Origin: an uncultured archaeon
Lineage (GTDB): Archaea; Asgardarchaeota; Thorarchaeia; Thorarchaeales; Thorarchaeaceae
Assembly (NCBI GenBank): GCA_964648855.1
Contig: CAZYLT010000006.1
Span: 60,001-92,000 of the forward strand
Direction of reading: 5' to 3'
DNA: 32,000 nt
Below, piece by piece: positions 26,125 to 32,000 of this stretch. How positions within the stretch are numbered: position 1 is the first letter of the stretch; each line of letters opens with the position of its first letter. The notes under the pieces were generated by a model. It ran no database searches and was not told the DNA's origin. It saw only the letters and a program-made list of their open reading frames with translations. The position numbers and the translations under genes are program-made.

Positions 26125-27510
26125 TTGGAGCGCAATGAAATGGATGACATCAAGTCTGAAACCAGAATCGCTTACAAGCTATCTCATTCAGCCACAGCCC
26201 TTTTGCAAGCACTCCAAAATATGCAGTCCCAAGATGATACAGGCATATTTCAGCCTGGTCCAGAAGTCTTGCAGCTGAAAGAGTATCTTGAAACCTACAA
26301 GGGTAATCTCTATGATGTAGTCATAAGGCGTCTTGAAGATATGATGAGCCTTGGTGATATAGAAGTCGTATCTCAAGATGTGCTCCTCAATCTTATTCAG
26401 CGTGTCTGGAACCGCAAAGTCAGCAAGCTCAATGGAACAGAGGTGCAAGTAATTACTGGTCTCCTTGATAGCCCTCATCTCTCAATCAAGGAACTCTCGC
26501 GTGAGATAGATTTGTCATACGGACAGACTAGACGTGCCATAGAACAATTACAATCAACATCTATTTTGGAATTCAAGTCTATTCTTAATGTTGCTGAACT
26601 CGGCCTTGATCGAATAATCATTGAATTGGAGGAACCGGAGAATCTTCTTACTTCCCCATACATAACTCGTTACCTGTTTGTTGATGGCCCAGTACGGCGT
26701 GTCTTTCTCATTGCATTATTCCCCTCTGCTTATCGTGACCATATTCTGAGAGTCGTACGAACTCTTCGTCGTGATGCTCATTCAGTCACTGCATGGAGAC
26801 TTTCTGCAGGCAAACAGCATTTCTCACCGAAATATTATGACCGAAAACAGAAACGCTGGCATGTCAACGAGTTGCACTTCAGGCTACTTCTACGAACGGA
26901 CCATGAACTCGTTATGGGCGAAATTCCTGCGGTTTCAAGACTGGCCTTTCCGTCCAAAATGTCTGAAACAGAAGCCATGATTGTCGATTATTTGATGGAG
27001 CACTATAACGCCAGTGCACGAGAGATTGCACACACTATCGACGCATCAGAAAGCATGGTTTATCGGTATCGTTCAAAAATTCAATCAGAAAAACTCGTCA
27101 TCCCCCGTGCTCGAATCTCAATACCTGCATTTACAGACCGGATAATTGGAATATCTGCTCCTGCTGTATCAGCGAAAATAATGCATGCATGGGAACGGCT
27201 CCCTCTAACCTATATTAGTCAAATCAGTAATATGGAGGATCATCGGGACCGAAAGGTGCTGTTAACAACAGCCTTGCCGGCGGGGGGCGCGGAAACGATC
27301 ATCGAGGCTTTGACCTCAGAGAACCTCATGGTGAGAGAAATTCAGTTTTACAAAATTGATGCCAGTGTATCATCACCCTTCAAATTCTCGCACCGTTATG
27401 ACCACAAGGTTGGAAATTGGCTCTGGGACTCAGATGATATTGATATCACAACCTATCCCTCCATGCGGAATAATGCTGATTCAACGAATCTCCCTCTGGA
27501 TTTGGCTTGA
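26125..27510 (+). CDS. Duplicated winged-HTH (Lrp/AsnC-like) putative regulator
   Basis: Two HTHs (LSIKELSREIDLSYGQTRRAIEQL; ASAREIAHTIDASESMVYRYRSKI); each half ends in a YDxKxxxW motif; start uncertain (TTG 26125 or ATG 26140). Confidence 0.7.
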   Translation: MERNEMDDIKSETRIAYKLSHSATALLQALQNMQSQDDTGIFQPGPEVLQLKEYLETYKGNLYDVVIRRLEDMMSLGDIEVVSQDVLLNLIQRVWNRKVSKLNGTEVQVITGLLDSPHLSIKELSREIDLSYGQTRRAIEQLQSTSILEFKSILNVAELGLDRIIIELEEPENLLTSPYITRYLFVDGPVRRVFLIALFPSAYRDHILRVVRTLRRDAHSVTAWRLSAGKQHFSPKYYDRKQKRWHVNELHFRLLLRTDHELVMGEIPAVSRLAFPSKMSETEAMIVDYLMEHYNASAREIAHTIDASESMVYRYRSKIQSEKLVIPRARISIPAFTDRIIGISAPAVSAKIMHAWERLPLTYISQISNMEDHRDRKVLLTTALPAGGAETIIEALTSENLMVREIQFYKIDASVSSPFKFSHRYDHKVGNWLWDSDDIDITTYPSMRNNADSTNLPLDLA

Positions 27511-27566
27511 TTTGCGAGTGAGCAAACAATATCAATCCGTCTGTGTAATTCTAAATCAGAGTTGTA

Positions 27567-28505
27567 ATGATTGAATTTGTTGTCCTAGGCTCCGGCGGCT
27601 CAATTCCCCTCCCTGGAAGAAATCATCCAGCGTATTTGATTCGCCATGAGGGATGGAATCTTCTCTTTGATGCGGGAGAAGACGTTCAGAGACGCTTTGT
27701 TGAGGCTAATGCAGGAATGAATAAACACATGGCAATCTTCATCACCCACATTCACGCCGATCATGTTTTGGGTCTGGGTGGTCTCCTGTTGCGGTTCTCT
27801 CTCTTGGGTAGAGAGCGTCCGCTCCAAGTATTCGGTCCTGCTCCTCTACTGGATTTTGTCAGAGTGAATCAAGATACAATCAATCTTGGAACGTCCTTTC
27901 CCAGCACCGTACATGCGATAGAGGGTGGTATAGTCTTTGAGAGAGAAAATGCCAGAATTCGTGCCTTCCAAGTTGATCATAGAGGATTTACACTCGGGTA
28001 TGAGTTTGTGTATCAACGGCCAACAGGACCATTTCTTCCGGATAAGGCAAGAGAGATTGGTATTCCTAAGGGACCGTTATGGGGACAACTTTCTTCGGGT
28101 GAGTCTATCGAGTTGGATTCTGGCAAAATCATTGAACCTGATCGGGTCACAGGAGAGCAGCCACCCCCTATCAAGATTGTCTACTCCGGGGACACCCGTC
28201 CCTGTGATGCAATACGAAACTCCGCAAAACAAGCGAATCTTTTGGTTCACGAAGCCATGTATACTGACCAGCATGTAGATCTGGCAAAAGAACGAGGACA
28301 TACTACTGCACGCCAAGCAGCGGAGATTGCACGTGATGCTGAAGTGGGGCTTCTCCTTCTTACGCATTATTCTCCGCGCTATGGCGATGGCAGTCAAGTA
28401 TTAGAAGAAGCACGGCAGGTGTTTCCAAATTCCATGTTGGCTCGGGACCTGATGAGAATCTCCTTTGACTCGGATGGAAAGCATACAATTAGTGATATCA
28501 AATAG
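27567..28505 (+). CDS. rnz: Ribonuclease Z (tRNA 3'-endonuclease)
   Basis: LGSGGS.P..GRN, FDAGE, THIHADH, exosite GIPKGPLWG.L, YSGDTRP, HEA, LTHYSPRY. Confidence 0.95.
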   Translation: MIEFVVLGSGGSIPLPGRNHPAYLIRHEGWNLLFDAGEDVQRRFVEANAGMNKHMAIFITHIHADHVLGLGGLLLRFSLLGRERPLQVFGPAPLLDFVRVNQDTINLGTSFPSTVHAIEGGIVFERENARIRAFQVDHRGFTLGYEFVYQRPTGPFLPDKAREIGIPKGPLWGQLSSGESIELDSGKIIEPDRVTGEQPPPIKIVYSGDTRPCDAIRNSAKQANLLVHEAMYTDQHVDLAKERGHTTARQAAEIARDAEVGLLLLTHYSPRYGDGSQVLEEARQVFPNSMLARDLMRISFDSDGKHTISDIK

Positions 28506-28537
28506 GAGCAATAATGCATATCCGTTGCTTGTTCTTA

Positions 28538-29647
28538 CTAACATGACGAACAGGTAAGCGCAGTGTTGGGGAAGAATGCAACCCAAGCAAACCACATTAC
28601 GTCCATGTTTACAACTTCCCTGAGACTCCCTTCTATTGATTCCCCATATTTGTTCCAGACAGTTCCGGTTTGATTGTCGATGAAACCCCCATCAGAATAA
28701 TTGAAAGATAACTCCGTTCCGTTGAAGTTGCTGTAGAATGACCTGGCTGTATCAAGCTCTTCATCATAGAAGACTACTACTTTCTCATCTCCTAAATTGA
28801 TATTGATAACCATTTCTTCTCTCAAATGGGTCTTTTGAATGGCATGCTGGAACTCGTAGTTTCCGACACCAATCATTACTTCCTTCTCTTGCAGACGATT
28901 ATCATGATGCATTACGGGGAAAATTGGGCCTCCTGAGTTATAGTATGAATCATAATCATCATACGATCCATAGGGGTCTCTATAGTAGTCCCTGACGTAT
29001 CCAGTATCTGTGGAAAGTACCTGAGAATCCGGATACACCGTTTTCCATTTCTCCCATGTTGACCATATCATGTGAATGCGCTGCAAACGAAGTCCTGTAT
29101 AATCCTTGTTTATGCCAACTGACAGAATCTGTGGAAAGTAGGTCTGAGTGGCTCTATCATACATCACGAGGTTTGAGTTTACTAGCCGCCCTGTGGTTCC
29201 AAACGTTGTTGCATTGCCTGGCAGGGTTCCGTTGAATGCCGTCGTTGACCCTGTGAGCGGACAGTAAGTAATTGAGATGTTTTCCCCGTCAATCTCTTCG
29301 TTTACAATCTCGTGCCAGACAAGAATCCTCTGAGGATAGGCTCGGACTATGTCTTGATGCACAAAACCAAAAACAATATCGCCATCATTAAGGTAGCTTT
29401 CTGCCTGTTCTACTGATATGTACACTGGGTCTTCAATCGGCGGTATTCCATCACGTCCTGGTCCTCCGGCCTGAAGATTACGCTCAAACTCACGTAGTCT
29501 TGTTGCATTCACCGGGTATCCCCACCCACCATCTTCTGTATCTTGGTCATCCTGCGTGTTCGGTCCCAACTGCAGAGCAATGAATCCGCTGATCCCTAGA
29601 GCTATCATCACCGTGATAAGAATCGCAAAATATTTTCGCTGCACCAT
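28538..29647 (-). CDS. DUF3179-family membrane-anchored/exported protein
   Basis: N-terminal TM; GGPGRDGIPPIEDP, RAYP..IL.WHEIVN, TYCPLTGS, FGTTG.LVNSNLVMYDR, WFAW.AFFP. Confidence 0.88.
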   Translation of the reverse strand: MVQRKYFAILITVMIALGISGFIALQLGPNTQDDQDTEDGGWGYPVNATRLREFERNLQAGGPGRDGIPPIEDPVYISVEQAESYLNDGDIVFGFVHQDIVRAYPQRILVWHEIVNEEIDGENISITYCPLTGSTTAFNGTLPGNATTFGTTGRLVNSNLVMYDRATQTYFPQILSVGINKDYTGLRLQRIHMIWSTWEKWKTVYPDSQVLSTDTGYVRDYYRDPYGSYDDYDSYYNSGGPIFPVMHHDNRLQEKEVMIGVGNYEFQHAIQKTHLREEMVININLGDEKVVVFYDEELDTARSFYSNFNGTELSFNYSDGGFIDNQTGTVWNKYGESIEGSLREVVNMDVMWFAWVAFFPNTALTCSSC

Positions 29648-29730
29648 ATGTTACAAACCGTAACTATTATACCATCTAAAAATAAAAGGTGTGTGATATC
29701 CACGTTTTTCCAAGGTCGGAGAAGGATCCT

Positions 29731-30375
29731 ATGGGAGCTAACAGATTGAGTATTATCTCAAACATTTCAAAATACGGTGGTCAAGTAAGGCAAACACTAA
29801 GGCCCAAATCAAGCAAACGCATCATCGCATTGGTCAGTGTGGGCTACATCATATTCTATTTCTGGGCTACGAATATTCTTGTCTTCAGAAGCTCCACTGA
29901 TGTGTTTCTTAGAATTTCAGAGAATTGGAGTGAATTACTCTTCAGAGAACGAGCGCCGTTCAATTGGGAACCAGTAGGAATACTCTCCCTTGGTCCAGTT
30001 CAGTTATTTCTGGCAGTGCCAAATATTCTATTTGGAATCATGGTCAGTTTGCTTATTGGCATCAATCTTGCTATATCCTACTACACATACAAGTATCGGA
30101 CTCTCTGTAGAATTAATCCGTCACAGAGTATGGCGTTGTCGGTTCCATCACTTCTCACAGGTATTGCTTGTTGCGGTCCCAGTATTCTCTTATCTTTGGG
30201 AATAGCTTCTGTTGCTGGTACAGTTGCTCTGGTTTCCCTCTTGCCCTTTCTCCTCCCCCTTGCTCTCACAGGATTGGTGTTGAGTATTGCCTGGAGTGGA
30301 TATCGGCTAGAAAAAGCTGAATCAAGCAATGAATCAGAGAAGGGAATCGATGTGACCAAGGTCACAATTGAATAG
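29731..30375 (+). CDS. Multi-pass membrane protein with a CCGP motif
   Basis: About 4 TM segments, PFNWEP, GIACCGP; ATG at 29731 with GGAGAAGGA upstream. Confidence 0.75.
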   Translation: MGANRLSIISNISKYGGQVRQTLRPKSSKRIIALVSVGYIIFYFWATNILVFRSSTDVFLRISENWSELLFRERAPFNWEPVGILSLGPVQLFLAVPNILFGIMVSLLIGINLAISYYTYKYRTLCRINPSQSMALSVPSLLTGIACCGPSILLSLGIASVAGTVALVSLLPFLLPLALTGLVLSIAWSGYRLEKAESSNESEKGIDVTKVTIE

Positions 30376-31032
30376 AAATACGTCAGTGGCACGAATTCCT
30401 TCGCGAATCACATCATGTCGGCTTATGCAGTGTTTTGAATGCAATCTATGGTGGTTTTCCTGAAAGAGGTTAGAGTGCCCGCACCGGTTGGGATTGCCGA
30501 TCCAAATCATTGGAACGCCGGTATCTGCAATTTCAATCCCCTTCTCGGAATAGCGGGGTTCCCATGACATAACCACGATGGCTGGATTGAATTTCTGAAT
30601 TGCCTCCTCTGCATCCAGCTTATGAACCCATTTTGGATACGCTATATTGTATCTCTCGGACTTGGCATCAGTGGCAACGTATTCCCTGTCAATTAGATCT
30701 CCTAGAAACTCAGCGAGTCTACCATCACCAGCCATTACTTCAAGGATGGGTCCATTTCTAACGATTTGCGAGAGGATATCTTCTATTACGAATGCCAGCT
30801 CTTGAATGAATTCAATAGAATAGATCTGGAATAACCATCGTGCTCCTGCATTATTGCCGTTACAGTATTCTCTGATCGAATATGCCCTCTCAATATGCTG
30901 CAAGAAATCGATTACGTCACTGTAGGAGTGGAGTTTGGCGTGTAAATCTATGAATTCGCCGTGTTCGTCTATCATCCAGTCATTAACCGAGCTATCTTTC
31001 TGCTTGCTCAATCCATCCTCGCTTTCGGGCAT
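30334..31032 (-). CDS. Hypothetical protein, possible class I SAM-dependent methyltransferase fold
   Basis: ILEVMAGDGRLA (motif I-like), YVATD, LDAEEAI, VMSWEP; likely ATG at 31032. Confidence 0.6.
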   Translation of the reverse strand: MPESEDGLSKQKDSSVNDWMIDEHGEFIDLHAKLHSYSDVIDFLQHIERAYSIREYCNGNNAGARWLFQIYSIEFIQELAFVIEDILSQIVRNGPILEVMAGDGRLAEFLGDLIDREYVATDAKSERYNIAYPKWVHKLDAEEAIQKFNPAIVVMSWEPRYSEKGIEIADTGVPMIWIGNPNRCGHSNLFQENHHRLHSKHCISRHDVIREGIRATDVFLFNCDLGHIDSLL

Positions 31033-31209
31033 GCGATGTTGCCCTAGAATGTGTACTATAAACAATAGCATCCGGCTATATGGAAGTTGAAGCAGAAGCA
31101 ATGAACATTGAAAACTGTTAATAGGCTATTTGTCCATGTGCACGTGGGAATGGAGTTCAGTAACTGACGGGCATCAGTACCCATCTGAGCTTCAGGCTAT
31201 GTGGTAGAA

Positions 31210-32000
31210 ATGATAGATGCACATTGTCACTTGACTGTGTATGGGGATGAAACTGAACAGGCGATAAGAGACATCGAAGGAAACAATATGATTGTGGTTG
31301 CGGTGTCCTCCGATTTTTCGACATTTCAGGAAACCAAATCTCGTATCCAAAAATCTGACTGCATTATTCCTAGTTTTGGCATACATCCAAAGGTTGCTCA
31401 ACACCATAGGAACCGGTTGGAAGAAATTCCCCAAATGGTGGGTTCGGCCGGAGTCATTGGAGAGATCGGTTTAGATAAGAAATCGGCATTTGATGAATCA
31501 CGCCTAAATAGTCAGAAAAAAGTCTTTGAAGCTATTCTTGAGGCTGCGTGTGAATGCAATAAAGCGGTCAATGTTCATTGTAATGGCGCAGAACAAGAGG
31601 TCCTCTCTATTCTAGAAAAATACAACCCTCCTGGAGTGATTCTTCATGGCTATGAGGGAACAATCGAGTCATTGTCGCGGGTTATCGATAACAATTTCAT
31701 GATATCAATTGGTCGAGGGATACTTGGGGAGTTTAAGGATCGCAACCCGTTATGGAATCGAACGAGAGAGATTGCAAAAAACACTCCTTATGATTTGCTC
31801 TTGGTAGAGAGTGATGTCCCGGTTGTCAATCCCCTTATGATGCCGTCAGAGTTGATTTCTGAGCTGATTGAGGAACTCTCGCTTATCAGGAATGAAACTG
31901 CTATTGAAATTGCTGCTCAGACCAGACGCAATCTTAGGGAAGTCCTAATATCCACTCCTGGCCTGGAGAAATATTGTAACAAGCTACACATGGTCCATTC
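31210..32000 (+). CDS. tatD: TatD-family hydrolase/DNase, runs off the window end (absent from the ORF track)
   Basis: Hand translation: MIDAHCHL, FGIHP, VIGEIGLD, VNVHC, VILHGY, LLVESD; no stop before 32000. Confidence 0.92.
   Translation, partial: MIDAHCHLTVYGDETEQAIRDIEGNNMIVVAVSSDFSTFQETKSRIQKSDCIIPSFGIHPKVAQHHRNRLEEIPQMVGSAGVIGEIGLDKKSAFDESRLNSQKKVFEAILEAACECNKAVNVHCNGAEQEVLSILEKYNPPGVILHGYEGTIESLSRVIDNNFMISIGRGILGEFKDRNPLWNRTREIAKNTPYDLLLVESDVPVVNPLMMPSELISELIEELSLIRNETAIEIAAQTRRNLREVLISTPGLEKYCNKLHMVH

Noticed and set aside
31192-31474. Track ORFs 31192-31434 (-) and 31292-31474 (+)
   Set aside because: Alternative frames of the TatD gene that starts at 31210
1-32000. tRNA/rRNA genes, CRISPR arrays, IS elements, integrases
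   Set aside because: None recognisable by eye; intergenic gaps are short and non-repetitive (tRNAscan-SE/Infernal not run)

Overview
A gene-dense archaeal chromosomal window, most likely from an Asgard archaeon. Thorarchaeia is the best guess, inferred from a two-domain gelsolin, a roadblock/LC7 protein and a CxxC-type Get3/TRC40 ATPase among standard archaeal housekeeping genes (rpoP, TFB, aIF1, type-2 MetAP, GGGP synthase, endA, RNase Z, HdrA, RdgB). I found no tRNA, rRNA, CRISPR array or mobile element. Three coding regions are missing from the ORF track: a 41-aa membrane micropeptide (1979-2104, -), a 32-aa single-TM micropeptide overlapping the Get3 stop codon (7886-7984, +), and a TatD gene running off the right edge (from 31210). 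The strongest leads are: (1) a degenerate MCM-like protein 35 bp behind an orphan DNA methyltransferase and near a NYN-2xLOTUS RNase; (2) the Get3 + micropeptide pair; (3) a B12-binding radical SAM enzyme with a 40-residue Cys-rich insert inside its cluster motif; (4) a zinc-ribbon/CdvA-like coiled-coil protein in a run of uncharacterised genes. All family calls come from reading motifs by eye; no database searches were run.
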